A program made the position numbers and the translations under genes. Positions 9,066-19,270 of a stretch of 64,000 nt of DNA are shown here, in pieces. Position 1 is the first letter of the stretch. Each line of letters begins with the position of its first letter. The stretch is from an uncultured Latescibacterota bacterium (lineage in GTDB: Bacteria; Latescibacterota; UBA2968; UBA8231), in NCBI GenBank assembly GCA_951813615.1, contig OX638377.1:3434599-3498598 (forward strand), written 5' to 3'. Under the pieces are notes generated by a model that did not search any database, had not been told where the DNA came from, and was given only the letters and a program-made list of their open reading frames with translations.

Positions 9066-12000
9066 CTAGAGCCGGTTTTCCACGATCCACTCCCGGTGCA
9101 TCTTGGCAAAACTGACCACGTCGGCGTTTTCCGGCTTGTCCCCACCCTTTTCTTCTACTACCTGATAGTTTTCCACGGCCTGCGGCCACTGGCGCGTGAT
9201 TTCATAGACCAGCCCCAAGTTGCAATACGCAGCCAATTCGGTATAAGTGCCGGGATAATCGCGGATAATATCCTGCAGAGCCGGCACGGCCCGGTCGTAA
9301 TCTTTGGCCTCAAACAGCTTCATGGCCTCGTTGTAGCTAAAGCTGGCCTGGATCTCGCTTAGCTCTTCCACTAGGGCTGTGGCCCTCGACGCCTCCTCGG
9401 AGTTGGGATATAGCTTGAGCACTTGCTGGTAGGTCGCCATGGCCTCGTCGTAAGACTGGATATTGTAGTAGTAGTCGCCGATGGTAAACTGCGCTTTGGG
9501 AGCGAATTCGCTCTCTGGGTAATTGGCAACTAGGTTTTGCATTGCGCCTACTGCTTGCTCCATCTCCTCTTGTTCGACAAAGGACCAAGCCAACGCGTAC
9601 TGCGCCGATCCGCCGTATCGCCCCTGGGGATATTTGGCCAAGAGCGATTGGTACGCCGGCACGGCCTCGGCAAAGGCCTGCTCGTTGTAGTAGTTTTCGC
9701 CAATGAGGAAAAGCGCTTCTTCCTCGTATTGGGACTGGAGATAGCGCTCGACCAGTTCGGTAAAAGCGGCGGCAGCCTCCTTAAACTGGGTCAGGGCCTG
9801 AAGGCTGTGGGCCAGATAATACTGGCCGTGAATGCGGTTGGCATTGCGCGGATATTTGTCGACAAAGCTCCTGAAGCTTTTCGCGGCGGTGGCGTAGTCG
9901 CCGTAGCTGATTTCGGCAAAGCCCTTGGAGAAGGCCAAGTTGCCGCTCTCGCCCGAATTCGGATAGCGCTTGAGACCTTGGGCAAAGATGCGCGCGGCTT
10001 CCTCGTATTTCTTTTGCTGCAACAGCGCATTGCCGATGATGGAATAGGCGCGTTCCTTCCGGTAGTAACCAGCTTGATTGTCGTCTTCGAACTGCATGTC
10101 GAGGAGCTGGCGAGCGAAGTTTTCGGCTTGGATGAAGTCCTGCTGATCGTAGTACAGCTCGGTCAGCAGCATGCTAAAGGTCGCCCGCTCCTGCGGGTCG
10201 TCCGATGCGGCGATGAGCTCTTGATAGTAGCTAGCCGCTTCTTCTTGCCGCCCCAAGCGGATCATACCAGCCCCCAGCGTGCGGAAGGCGCTGTCCTTTA
10301 TCTGGGGTGCGGGATCGCTTTCGAGCAGGGCCTTCATATCCTCCAGCGATGCCTCATAGCTTACGCGGGCCTGAGCTGTGTCGCCGACGGCGTCTTGCTG
10401 TTTGGCGACCTCGTAGTACGCACCGCCGCGAGCCAGCAGCGAATTTTGCAGGATGTGCTCAGGGGGATTCAGCGCAATGGCCTGCCCCCAAGCGTCGATC
10501 GCACCGACGAAATTATCCTCGGCGAAATGCACCCGGGCCAAGGTGTAGTGCATCTGGCCTTTTAGGATATCGTCGCCGGCTCGATCCAAGGCACCAGAGA
10601 GAGCCTTGCGCGCCTTTTCGTACTCTTGTTTGCCCATGTACAGCTCGGCCAACTCGACCTGCACGGTGGGCCACTTGTCCCAACCCTCTTCCACCGTCTC
10701 ATAGGCAGCAATGGCGCTGTCTGTATCCTCGAGGCGCTTATAGGTAAGGCCCAACTCCATTCGCGTTGTATTGTGCAATTCCGACTCCGGAAAGCGGTCG
10801 AGGAAGGATGTATAGATCTCCTCGGCCCGTTTGAGTTCGGAGGCAGCATAGGCTATGCGGGCCAACTGCAAAAGGCCGTTGGGAGCCGCCGGATGGTCTG
10901 CATACTCATCGACTAACCGCTGGTACAACGGCTGTGCTACTTCGTTTTTCTTTAAGAGTTGATTGGCAAAGCCGGCGTTAAAAAGCACATCCGGTATCAG
11001 GGCATTGTCCTCGCGCTGGCTCAAGAGTTGGTCGTAGCTTTCGAGCGCCTTGGCAATCGCCTCGTCGGCTCTAGCCGGGTCTTCGTTGCGGATCTGCCGC
11101 CCGTATTCTTGGTGACACTGGGCAATGCGAAAGAGAACCTTGTAGCGGTCGAAGCCGATGCGCCGGGCCACATCGCCGTAGGCATTGAGGTATATCTCGT
11201 ACTCTTGCGCCGACTTGAGATATTCGTCCTGGTCGAAAAGCATCAGGGCAACCGTTAGCTGCGTCCGGGCTTGAAAGAGCTTGTCCTCGACCTTTTCGAT
11301 GGCGTCTTTGTACGCGGCGATGGCCGCGGTCGTGCCCTGCTCCTTCTGCACCAACTCGGCGGTGCGGATATAGCTATTTTGTACCAAGACCGGCTCAGCC
11401 GCGTACTCAGTTGGGAGCACGGCATAGGCGGCGAGGGCCTTGGCGACTTCGCCGTTGTTCGCGTAAATATCGCCCTTTTTCAGATGGGCCTTGGCGACCA
11501 ATTCGCGCGCTGTCTCCTTGACCAAACCCTTGAGCTTGAGGGTGGTCATTTCGATAATTTCTTCCTCGGTCATCTGCGCGAAATCGTAGCGAGCAATGAG
11601 GCGGTCGAGGTACTCCAGCGCCTCATCGTACTGCCCCAGCTTGTCGTAGCTTTCGGCGATCTGGAAGAGCGAGCGGTCGGCGTTAGAGCCTCTGGGGGCC
11701 AAGACCAACACCTGCTTGAAGCTGGCGATGGCCTCCTCGTAGCGCTCCAATTCATAATAGGACCACGCTCGGTCGTAGTGAACGGACGCCTCGTAGAGGC
11801 TGTGGGGGAAGCTGTGCAGCAGCGCGTCCCCTTGCTCTATGACCTGCTCGTACTCCTTGAGCTGATAGCTCGTCTGAATCATCTGGTACTGCGCCATCAC
11901 TCGGGTGCGATCATCGACGCTTGCGTCCGCAGCTAGCGTGCGGAAGTGGTCGCGGCTCTTGTTGAGGTCTTGCAGTGCCTCCTCGTAGCGAGCGTCGGCC

Positions 12001-12338
12001 TCGGTCTCTTTTTGCTCTGAGCGCAAAAACTGTGAGCGCTGCAATTTTTCGAGACCGAGCTTGTTGTATGTATTGCCTAGCTGGTAGGTAGCACCCACGC
12101 GCACCGGCAGAATGAACTCGTCAACCGCTACGGTTACGTCCTCCACGTTGATCATGGCGTTGCTCTCGGTGGAAAGAATCACCTCATAGCGCTCAATGGC
12201 CCTGTCGTAGTCCCCCAGCGCATAGAGCTTCTGACCTTCCTCAAAGCGGTCTTGCAACTCTACCGGCGAGAAAAAGCGCGTGCTCAAGCTGGCGGCCACG
12301 CCGACCGCTGCGACCAGCAGCAGATTTACCAGAATCAT
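9066..12338 (-). CDS. 1090-aa tetratricopeptide-repeat protein with N-terminal membrane anchor
   Basis: N-terminus MILVNLLLVAAVGVAASL is a TM segment or signal. The rest is continuous 34-residue A..Y...G.Y..A...F periodicity. AGGAG RBS. Confidence 0.85.
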   Translation of the reverse strand: MILVNLLLVAAVGVAASLSTRFFSPVELQDRFEEGQKLYALGDYDRAIERYEVILSTESNAMINVEDVTVAVDEFILPVRVGATYQLGNTYNKLGLEKLQRSQFLRSEQKETEADARYEEALQDLNKSRDHFRTLAADASVDDRTRVMAQYQMIQTSYQLKEYEQVIEQGDALLHSFPHSLYEASVHYDRAWSYYELERYEEAIASFKQVLVLAPRGSNADRSLFQIAESYDKLGQYDEALEYLDRLIARYDFAQMTEEEIIEMTTLKLKGLVKETARELVAKAHLKKGDIYANNGEVAKALAAYAVLPTEYAAEPVLVQNSYIRTAELVQKEQGTTAAIAAYKDAIEKVEDKLFQARTQLTVALMLFDQDEYLKSAQEYEIYLNAYGDVARRIGFDRYKVLFRIAQCHQEYGRQIRNEDPARADEAIAKALESYDQLLSQREDNALIPDVLFNAGFANQLLKKNEVAQPLYQRLVDEYADHPAAPNGLLQLARIAYAASELKRAEEIYTSFLDRFPESELHNTTRMELGLTYKRLEDTDSAIAAYETVEEGWDKWPTVQVELAELYMGKQEYEKARKALSGALDRAGDDILKGQMHYTLARVHFAEDNFVGAIDAWGQAIALNPPEHILQNSLLARGGAYYEVAKQQDAVGDTAQARVSYEASLEDMKALLESDPAPQIKDSAFRTLGAGMIRLGRQEEAASYYQELIAASDDPQERATFSMLLTELYYDQQDFIQAENFARQLLDMQFEDDNQAGYYRKERAYSIIGNALLQQKKYEEAARIFAQGLKRYPNSGESGNLAFSKGFAEISYGDYATAAKSFRSFVDKYPRNANRIHGQYYLAHSLQALTQFKEAAAAFTELVERYLQSQYEEEALFLIGENYYNEQAFAEAVPAYQSLLAKYPQGRYGGSAQYALAWSFVEQEEMEQAVGAMQNLVANYPESEFAPKAQFTIGDYYYNIQSYDEAMATYQQVLKLYPNSEEASRATALVEELSEIQASFSYNEAMKLFEAKDYDRAVPALQDIIRDYPGTYTELAAYCNLGLVYEITRQWPQAVENYQVVEEKGGDKPENADVVSFAKMHREWIVENRL

Positions 12339-12355
12339 GGTGTCAATCTCCTAGC

Positions 12356-15292
12356 CTAGAACCCTGCCACAATATCAAAGAACAGGCGCGAGTTGTCGAA
12401 GCTATCGGAAGCGCGAGTGGCGTCGTCGTACTCTCGGCTGGTTTTGATAAAGCCGAACTGGGAGGCGAGAGCGTAGCCGTAGTGATCCGAGCGGTTGCTC
12501 ATCATCAGCACCAGCGTCCATTCCTTAAAATCATTGCTATCATTCACCCGATCCAAGTTAGTGTGCCGCCAGAAAGGGAATCCTTGAAATCCGAGTTGCA
12601 GATTGGACTTAGCCGTCAGGTCGAAACGGGTCCGGACGATCGGCGCGTAAATTGAGAACGAGCGAATACTGCCATCGCCGGTGGCATCTTCGAGTACGCT
12701 AGAATGATCGCGCAAAAACAGGTGCTTGAACATCGGGCGGATGTTCAGGTTACCGGCGCTGATCGTATAGTCGAGTCGGTTGACCATCGTAAAGGTCGAA
12801 AGCACTCCGGCTTCCTGTTGGGTGCCGTCGTCGAACTCGTCTTCGGCTTGACTGTTGCGAATCCACTGGACGCTATTGATGACATTGAGGTTGGAAAGCT
12901 GCTGAAAGGTCGAGCTGATGAACAAGGTATTGACCAAGCTATTGCGCATGTTCAGCGGATCGACATCAGGCGGAAAAATCTGGGAATTGAGATCCTTTGC
13001 CTCAATCATCGGGCCTTTCAAATGTGGGACGGGGCTGGGTATCCGCTGGGTAAAACCCACGTCTTCCCAGACGTACACGTCGTCGCGAATGTCGTCTTGG
13101 ACCTGCTTGATATCCTCGTTGATGCGAATTTTGCCCAGATAGGGCGAGGTGAAGTTGTGCTCGTAGCGGGCATACATGGCCTTGGCCTCGCCACCACCGG
13201 CCGGCTCCTGCATAGTGTAATAGCCGACAGAGGCCCACTTGCCCCAGCGCCCCAAGCCTTTCTTCGTGGCCACAAAGTGAGCCCCTCGGCGGTCCCGTGG
13301 ATAGGGATAGTCGGGCAGGGCGTCGTTTTCGCGGTAATCGACTACGCCGTTGTTGTTGAAGTCGATGCCGTAGATGAAATCCGGCGGATCGGCGTCGTAA
13401 AAGAGGATCGGCTCGGTCCAATCGGGAATGCCGTTGAAATTCTGGTCGCTGTCCGGGATTAGGTCGTTGTTTTCGTCCAACCCAGGGAAAATGCCCGAAT
13501 CCGACTTTTCCGCACTGGGCAACTCGTTGATCATTTCGTCTGGCCACTGATCGTTGTCGTCATTATCGGTCATGACAAACATTTCCTGCATCTGTGGACA
13601 TACAAAGCAATCGTCGCTGAAGAAAGCCACGCCGCCACGGATGCTGTCGTAGTTGCCGCTGTAGTCCGGATCTAAGTTGAAAAATTCGCCGCCTAGCTCA
13701 ATCGGGCCTACTTCCTTTTGGGCCGTGAGGAAATAGCCGAGGGCCCGCTTGTCAAAGCGCTTGCCGGCATTGCTGCCCACTGGGAAGAGGAAGTACTGGG
13801 GATTGGCGACCAACTCGCCCTTTACTTTTAGCCCTTTGAGGCTTAGGTCCCAGTCCAACCCGTAAAGCGCCTGACCGGTGGGGATGCCGTAGTCGAACTC
13901 GACCACTTTGCGGCCCGCGTCGCTGCCGTCGGAGCGCAGGACCGTATAGCCTACCCGGCTTGGATCGAGCAGATCCCACTTGTATTGCAAAAACGGCTGC
14001 GCCTGAGTGAATGTCGGATCCGGCACCACCGGCCACTGCTTGAAGGCGTCGGGATTTTCTGCTATCACATCTTCAAGGGGCTTGACTCCGTCCTCGCCTT
14101 TCAGCCCGGTAAAAGGGTTGACGTAGCTCCGACCACCCGGAGCGTATCTGTCGTCCCCTTCGGCCACTTTGTCCACGTTCTTTTGGTGATCTCCTTGGTC
14201 AAAGAACAAGTGCTGTTGGCGCACCAAAATGCGATAGTCGCCCTCGACATCGGCCAAGAAGCGCACGGATTTCATCGTCAATCCCGGCACAAAGTCGTCG
14301 GGATCGGCCGAGTATTCCGAGGCATCCGGGAGGTTGAATTGCGGCATTTGGAAGCGGAAGACTACTTGCTCGCCGCCGGCTACCGACAACCCACCCTCGG
14401 CCCCGCCAATGGGATCGATCATCTTCAAGCTCGAGTCGTACTCAGGATCGCCTTCAATGCTGGTTAGGCGCACCCGCTGCCCCTGCGACTCACCAATGAT
14501 CACCACATCTACATCATAGACGGTGGCCGCTCGGATTATATCGTCGGGCGAATCGTCTTCGATAATGACTTCGATAAAAGAAGGCGGCAGCATGCTGTAC
14601 GGAGTATCGCCCTTGAGAAAGGAGCCGTTCTCATCGGCAGTATTGGCCATGTGCTGGTTGAAGTACGTGGCACCCATGCGCAGCACATTGCCCAGCTTAG
14701 TCTCCCAGTGGCCGCCAAAGATCAACACCGGCGAGGTCTCCCTAGTCGCCTTGAAGGTCGAAAACTTGGCGGCGTTCAACAGGTCGCCGCCTTGGCTCAG
14801 CATCAGGGTGAACCTGTTGTCCGAGGAAGCACCGTCGAGCAAGATGCCGAAGAAGCGCGGGTCGCTAAAGGTCAGGTCTGAAAACTTGGCGCGGATATCC
14901 TCACCCAAGGTCATTCGGTAATTCCAGCCCTTGTACGAGTCGTTGAGCATCACTAGGTTGGCGAACCACCCCAAGTACTGGGCCGTGCGGGTGTTGATAT
15001 TACTTTCCCCAGGGCGGGAAAATTCCCAAGTGAAGACATTGAAACCGCGCGACAGGTAATTGCCTAAGCGGTCGTAGCGATTGCGTGCGTTGATCACCGA
15101 AGGATAGGGATCGTACTCCTTGCGCCCGTAGTTCAAATACGGTTCGGGATGGCCGAGATTGAGGAAATCTCGGTTGCGCAGAAAGGTCTGCGCTTCGGCA
15201 TCGGCACCCAGCATTCCCAACCCAACAAACGCTAGTAGCGCGGTCCGTACCATTCTCTTTCTCGCATTACTACTCATGGCAGCTATCCTCAT
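12356..15292 (-). CDS. Large secreted protein, predicted outer-membrane beta-barrel with acidic Ca-binding-like insert (paralog of 19271..22276)
   Basis: Signal peptide ...LLAFVGLGMLGADAEAQ. The C-terminal residue is Phe (..FDIVAGF). It shares the FDYGIPTGQ, PGLDEN.D.IPD.D.N, GIDFNNN.V.D(Y/F)REND..PDYPYPRD and SPVL(I/L)FGGH blocks with the 1019-aa ORF. An alternative ATG at 15277 has a GAGGA RBS. Confidence 0.6.
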   Translation of the reverse strand: MRIAAMSSNARKRMVRTALLAFVGLGMLGADAEAQTFLRNRDFLNLGHPEPYLNYGRKEYDPYPSVINARNRYDRLGNYLSRGFNVFTWEFSRPGESNINTRTAQYLGWFANLVMLNDSYKGWNYRMTLGEDIRAKFSDLTFSDPRFFGILLDGASSDNRFTLMLSQGGDLLNAAKFSTFKATRETSPVLIFGGHWETKLGNVLRMGATYFNQHMANTADENGSFLKGDTPYSMLPPSFIEVIIEDDSPDDIIRAATVYDVDVVIIGESQGQRVRLTSIEGDPEYDSSLKMIDPIGGAEGGLSVAGGEQVVFRFQMPQFNLPDASEYSADPDDFVPGLTMKSVRFLADVEGDYRILVRQQHLFFDQGDHQKNVDKVAEGDDRYAPGGRSYVNPFTGLKGEDGVKPLEDVIAENPDAFKQWPVVPDPTFTQAQPFLQYKWDLLDPSRVGYTVLRSDGSDAGRKVVEFDYGIPTGQALYGLDWDLSLKGLKVKGELVANPQYFLFPVGSNAGKRFDKRALGYFLTAQKEVGPIELGGEFFNLDPDYSGNYDSIRGGVAFFSDDCFVCPQMQEMFVMTDNDDNDQWPDEMINELPSAEKSDSGIFPGLDENNDLIPDSDQNFNGIPDWTEPILFYDADPPDFIYGIDFNNNGVVDYRENDALPDYPYPRDRRGAHFVATKKGLGRWGKWASVGYYTMQEPAGGGEAKAMYARYEHNFTSPYLGKIRINEDIKQVQDDIRDDVYVWEDVGFTQRIPSPVPHLKGPMIEAKDLNSQIFPPDVDPLNMRNSLVNTLFISSTFQQLSNLNVINSVQWIRNSQAEDEFDDGTQQEAGVLSTFTMVNRLDYTISAGNLNIRPMFKHLFLRDHSSVLEDATGDGSIRSFSIYAPIVRTRFDLTAKSNLQLGFQGFPFWRHTNLDRVNDSNDFKEWTLVLMMSNRSDHYGYALASQFGFIKTSREYDDATRASDSFDNSRLFFDIVAGF

Positions 15293-15328
15293 GCAGTGTA
15301 GAGATTCTATCTTCAGTCACCTTCCAAC

Positions 15329-16189
15329 TCAGTGCTGGCGATAACCAACGCTGAACCGATGCACGCCTCCATAACCGGAGAGGTGCAGCGGGTATGAATA
15401 AGCATAATCGAAATGCCATTGCTTATAGTTGTGCCCAAGCCCCACGTTGAGCTCTCTCTCGTCAAAACCCGCACCAACTGCGGCCCCACCCATGCGGAAC
15501 CGAGCACCGTTGAGGCTCGCCGTCAGCGTCTCGTACCCCACCCTGAACTCCGTTCGCCCATCGCGGCGCTCAATGTCGAGCAGGACTTCCCGCCCCGCCA
15601 AGTTGAGCAAGGCCGCCGCGACCACGGCCGGCTCTTCTTTGCCTGCGTCTTGGCCACCTGCGGCGATGTTCGCGCCGTTTAAACCTTTGGCGACCAAGGC
15701 CAAACGCAGGTACGCTCGCGGGTATATGAAACCCACTTCCCAAGTGGCACCTACATCGAGGTGCCAAGCCCGGTGCGACAAGTCGCCGGCTTTCCAAGCG
15801 CTGGTGCGCAAGCCGCCGCCCAAGGCAAATCGCTCGTTCAGCGGCCGTCCGTAGCCTAAGGCAATCACTTCTTCGCGCCAGCCGTCAGCACCGAGAAACG
15901 AGACGCCCAGTTGGAAGCCGCCGCCCCGCAAGGGCCCGGTTACCGACAAGCCGTTTAGGGCTGGACTTTGGTCCAACCCGGGATAGAGCAACGCGTGAGT
16001 CGTACCAGCCTGCCACTTTTGCTGCTGGGCGTTGCCAGCCGGATTGTACCAAACGGCCTCAGCCGTCCGAATGCTGGCGGCAAAAGCGCCGCCCAGTGCC
16101 GTGCTCTGGGCTCCCCGTCCCGCGAATTCAAAAGCAGCTTCGCCCGGGAAAACAAGAGCCAGCAATAGGACGCTAGTACGCCACCACAA
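15329..16189 (-). CDS. PorV/PorQ-family-like outer-membrane beta-barrel protein
   Basis: After the signal peptide comes GRGAQSTALGGAFAASIRTAEAVWYNPAG, which resembles the G.RA..MGGA..A..DD..A...NPAG N-terminal signature of PorV/PorQ-type proteins. The rest has alternating beta-strand character. TTG start overlaps the upstream gene by 17 nt. Confidence 0.55.
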   Translation of the reverse strand: MWWRTSVLLLALVFPGEAAFEFAGRGAQSTALGGAFAASIRTAEAVWYNPAGNAQQQKWQAGTTHALLYPGLDQSPALNGLSVTGPLRGGGFQLGVSFLGADGWREEVIALGYGRPLNERFALGGGLRTSAWKAGDLSHRAWHLDVGATWEVGFIYPRAYLRLALVAKGLNGANIAAGGQDAGKEEPAVVAAALLNLAGREVLLDIERRDGRTEFRVGYETLTASLNGARFRMGGAAVGAGFDERELNVGLGHNYKQWHFDYAYSYPLHLSGYGGVHRFSVGYRQH

Positions 16190-17831
16190 AAGTGCCTCGG
16201 CGCGCCTTATCGCTTCCTTCTATCCCAACTTCGTACAGATAGAGCCCCGGCTCGACAACGCGACCGCTGCCATCGCGGCCGTCCCACTCGAACTGATAGG
16301 TCCGGGCGCTTCCCATCTGCGCCAACTGGCGGATCGACCGACCGGTCAAGTTGTAAATTTTCAGCACTACTTCCCGGCCCTCTTCAATATTGCCGACGAC
16401 AAAAGCAAAGCGCGCATATTCGTCTGCAAACGGAGAGAACGGACGCGGCTCCACCTGCACTTCGCTCAAAAGCTGCAACGGCGTTCCCGCAGCCAATACC
16501 GTCCAAGTAGCACCCGGCATTTCCTGCCCCTGCTGCCAGTTCACGTACCCGTCTCTGTCGCCTTGGGCCTTGTTGCCGGCCGCAAAGCGCATGGCGGTCT
16601 TGTCGCGCACAAAGAGCGCCTGTCCCTCAATTTCAACGGTCGCCATCGCGTTGATCTGCTCGCTAGGTGCAAGCGCTATCAGCATCCCCTCCCGATCCGG
16701 CGTCGAGCCCCAAGTATAGCTCTCGGTAGGCACGAGTTCTCGACCATCGACGCGCACGGCTGTCACGCTGAGCAAGGGGCCTTGTATGCGCAAGAGATCC
16801 ACTCCGTAATCATCGACACCAGCCGTGATCTCCACCCGATAGATCAGCGCCGCTTCTTCGCCCTTGCGCAGCGAATTGGATACGACCACCTCCGCCAAGA
16901 GCTGCTGCGCGACCAAGACTGGATCGTAGTCAATGGCAATGCGCTTGAGCGCCGGGCTGACAAAGGGGGCCGAATTCGTCAGGCGTGCCCGGTACGCCAA
17001 CGGCGCGACCGGCTCGTCTCCGCTGTAGAAAAATTCCCCCTCCGTGTGCGCCGTAACTCTTCCCCAAGGCTCCTCTGCTCCCTCTGCAGTGGCTCCGCGC
17101 ACCTGCATCTCAATGCTCGTGCGCTCTGGACGCTCTGCTTGCCAGCGAATCTGCCCTACATTGACCAACATAGACGGGGCAAAGCTACCCTCTATGAAGC
17201 CTTCACTAACGTAACCCACGCCGAACACCTCAATTTCCCCGATGGCGACCCAGTTGCTGCGGTCTTGGCGGATTATTGTCAGCCGCACGAAGCGCCCCTC
17301 GCGTGGGATTGCCTCACCGCGCTCGTCGGTCGCAGCCCAAGTAGAATCTGCGCTCGTATCTACATTGAGGACGAAATTGTCCGGCTGCTCCGCCAAAAGG
17401 TGCCAGACTTGCGGTGCCACTTGGGCGGCGGTTTCGAGCCTATACCCACGCACGAAGTACTCGGGCTGGTTCAGCGCCGTCTCGCCAGCTAGCACTCTCA
17501 CCCGCTTGATCGCCCGGTCCAACCCGAGATCGACGGTAAACTGCTTGTCGAACACGTGATTGGTGCCTGAGATCCACTCGCTCCGCACGAGGTCAATCGC
17601 GCCGTCGGTTAGCGGCACCGGCTTGTCAAAATCGTCTAGCACTGATTGTCCTAAGGCCACGTTTACATCCTCGTCCAACTGCGCCAAAATGACGAGACTA
17701 TCTGGATGCACCTGTACGCCTTGGGTCGTTCCCAAGGCAAATGTATCGACCGCGTCCACCACCCAAGTTTTTAATTCAGCACGGCATGGACTGAATTCGA
17801 GCAAGAGCAAGAGTGCGCCCAGCCTCAGCAC
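16173..17831 (-). CDS. Secreted protein with discoidin (F5/8 type C)-like domain and FlgD-Ig/T9SS type-A C-terminal sorting domain
   Basis: The signal peptide is followed by ...RFVRLTIIRQDRSNWVAIGEIEVFG, which looks like a discoidin-type domain end. The last ~80 aa (VVLKIYNLTGRSIRQL....YQFEWDGRDGSGRVVEPGLYLYEV....RGTFVVAY) match the T9SS CTD / FlgD-Ig pattern. GTG start. Confidence 0.6.
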   Translation of the reverse strand: MLRLGALLLLLEFSPCRAELKTWVVDAVDTFALGTTQGVQVHPDSLVILAQLDEDVNVALGQSVLDDFDKPVPLTDGAIDLVRSEWISGTNHVFDKQFTVDLGLDRAIKRVRVLAGETALNQPEYFVRGYRLETAAQVAPQVWHLLAEQPDNFVLNVDTSADSTWAATDERGEAIPREGRFVRLTIIRQDRSNWVAIGEIEVFGVGYVSEGFIEGSFAPSMLVNVGQIRWQAERPERTSIEMQVRGATAEGAEEPWGRVTAHTEGEFFYSGDEPVAPLAYRARLTNSAPFVSPALKRIAIDYDPVLVAQQLLAEVVVSNSLRKGEEAALIYRVEITAGVDDYGVDLLRIQGPLLSVTAVRVDGRELVPTESYTWGSTPDREGMLIALAPSEQINAMATVEIEGQALFVRDKTAMRFAAGNKAQGDRDGYVNWQQGQEMPGATWTVLAAGTPLQLLSEVQVEPRPFSPFADEYARFAFVVGNIEEGREVVLKIYNLTGRSIRQLAQMGSARTYQFEWDGRDGSGRVVEPGLYLYEVGIEGSDKARRGTFVVAY

Positions 17832-17832
17832 T

Positions 17833-18489
17833 TCAGAACAGCAGTTTCTGCGTCAGGCTGGTCACCACGGCAATGGCGAGGGCCTCCTCCAACTCCTTGG
17901 AGTTGAAGATCATGACAATGCCGGCATCAACCGGGCTTTTCGTGCTCACTTTGCCGGTTTTGAGATCCTTGACTGAGACTTCGACCTGCACTCTTTGCGT
18001 TTGCGGGGAGAATACTTTGCGCACCCGCTGACTAGTAATCAGCGCCGTGCCGCTAATTTCCAAGTCGGCCTCGTCCGAGTCCTCCGACACTAGCGCGAAG
18101 GGATTGTTCACTTGCCGCACGCTGTCTTCGTCTAGCACCTCGACCCGATCCGTCTGCGTGAGGATCCGCACCTTGTCCTTGCGCAGTTCGCGCAACAAGG
18201 CCCCAGACAAGTCCTCGATGCGCGAAGGCCGAGTAATCTGCACTAGTTTATTACCTTGGCTGGCGAGAGCATTAGTAATGTACTGGGTGCCCTGGCTAGC
18301 GGTCGAATTAGCGGCCCTCGGATCGACCACGTTGGCCTTGCTCTCGACCGGGAACTCCTTGACGTATATCTTGATCGGCATCGACGGCGGGTTGGGCAAA
18401 CTGGTGTCCTTAAGTGCCTCGTATTTCAAAGTGCAGGCCATCGAGCCGACAAGCAGCGTCACTCCGAGGAACTTCGCCATTTCTTTCAT
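17833..18489 (-). CDS. Lipoprotein of unknown function
   Basis: 218-aa ORF with MKEMAKFLGVTLLVGSMACT (lipobox). It abuts both flanking genes. I recognise no family motif. Confidence 0.5.
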   Translation of the reverse strand: MKEMAKFLGVTLLVGSMACTLKYEALKDTSLPNPPSMPIKIYVKEFPVESKANVVDPRAANSTASQGTQYITNALASQGNKLVQITRPSRIEDLSGALLRELRKDKVRILTQTDRVEVLDEDSVRQVNNPFALVSEDSDEADLEISGTALITSQRVRKVFSPQTQRVQVEVSVKDLKTGKVSTKSPVDAGIVMIFNSKELEEALAIAVVTSLTQKLLF

Positions 18490-19269
18490 TTACTTATTCT
18501 CCACCCAACGCACTCCGTGATCGACATTGAAGCGGAATTTCAGATCAGTAAATTCCACCGGATTGCCGTAGCCTACTTGAAAGCGATCAAAGGCCAGAAT
18601 GAAGTCATTTACTTCGAGGGTAAGCGACTTGGTCTCTGCAGGCAGCGGCGGAAAAGTCAGCTTGCCGACATACCTAGAGCCTTTGCGCACGGGCTTTTCT
18701 CGGTGGTACGCGCTTTTAGTCCAGATGGGGCCGCGATCCAAGCTGGCGTGATAGCGCACATTGCCTTCTTGTCCCCCCCACTTCAAATAGGAATAGTCGT
18801 AGTACTCGTCCTTGTCGTACCAATTTCCCGCCCCTTGGCCACAGAGCAAGCGGCGGCCATCGTCCAAGCGCAGAATGGTCTGCGTAGGATCTAGCTCCAC
18901 CCGCTCCCGGGTGCGGTTGATCACCGTCACCTCAAAAACAGTCCACAAGGGCGGCGTATAGTCCAAGCTGGGGATTTCGACGCCCGTGAGCGTATAGGGC
19001 GTGTAGCGGACGTCGTATTCGGCGTCGAGCATGGCATCGTCGTAGAACTTGACCTTGACTTGCACCCCTTGCTCACTCCACACGACCGAGCTGTCGATCG
19101 GATCAATGTAATAGGTATCTCCATCGGGTAGGACCGGCTCCAGCTCGATAAAGTACTCCCGCTGCTCATGCGATTCGAGGGATCTGAGGGTAGCGCACCC
19201 CCCGGCGGCCAGCACCAAGCACAGGAGAACGTGTATGTATTTTGTGAGGGATCTCATCTGCATTCGCAT
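18490..19269 (-). CDS. Lipoprotein of unknown function, paralog of 6682..7449
   Basis: 259-aa ORF with lipobox LVLAAGGCAT. It shares motifs with the 255-aa ORF (see that entry). Confidence 0.6.
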   Translation of the reverse strand: MRMQMRSLTKYIHVLLCLVLAAGGCATLRSLESHEQREYFIELEPVLPDGDTYYIDPIDSSVVWSEQGVQVKVKFYDDAMLDAEYDVRYTPYTLTGVEIPSLDYTPPLWTVFEVTVINRTRERVELDPTQTILRLDDGRRLLCGQGAGNWYDKDEYYDYSYLKWGGQEGNVRYHASLDRGPIWTKSAYHREKPVRKGSRYVGKLTFPPLPAETKSLTLEVNDFILAFDRFQVGYGNPVEFTDLKFRFNVDHGVRWVENK

Positions 19270-19270
19270 C

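Noticed and set aside
7481-12338. Search for a tonB-like gene (Pro-rich spacer plus C-terminal domain) adjacent to exbBD. The 1090-aa TPR protein and the 255-aa lipoprotein were considered.
   Set aside because: Neither has a Pro/Glu/Lys-rich spacer or a TonB C-terminal-like end. The absence within this window is real, but tonB may be encoded elsewhere in the genome.
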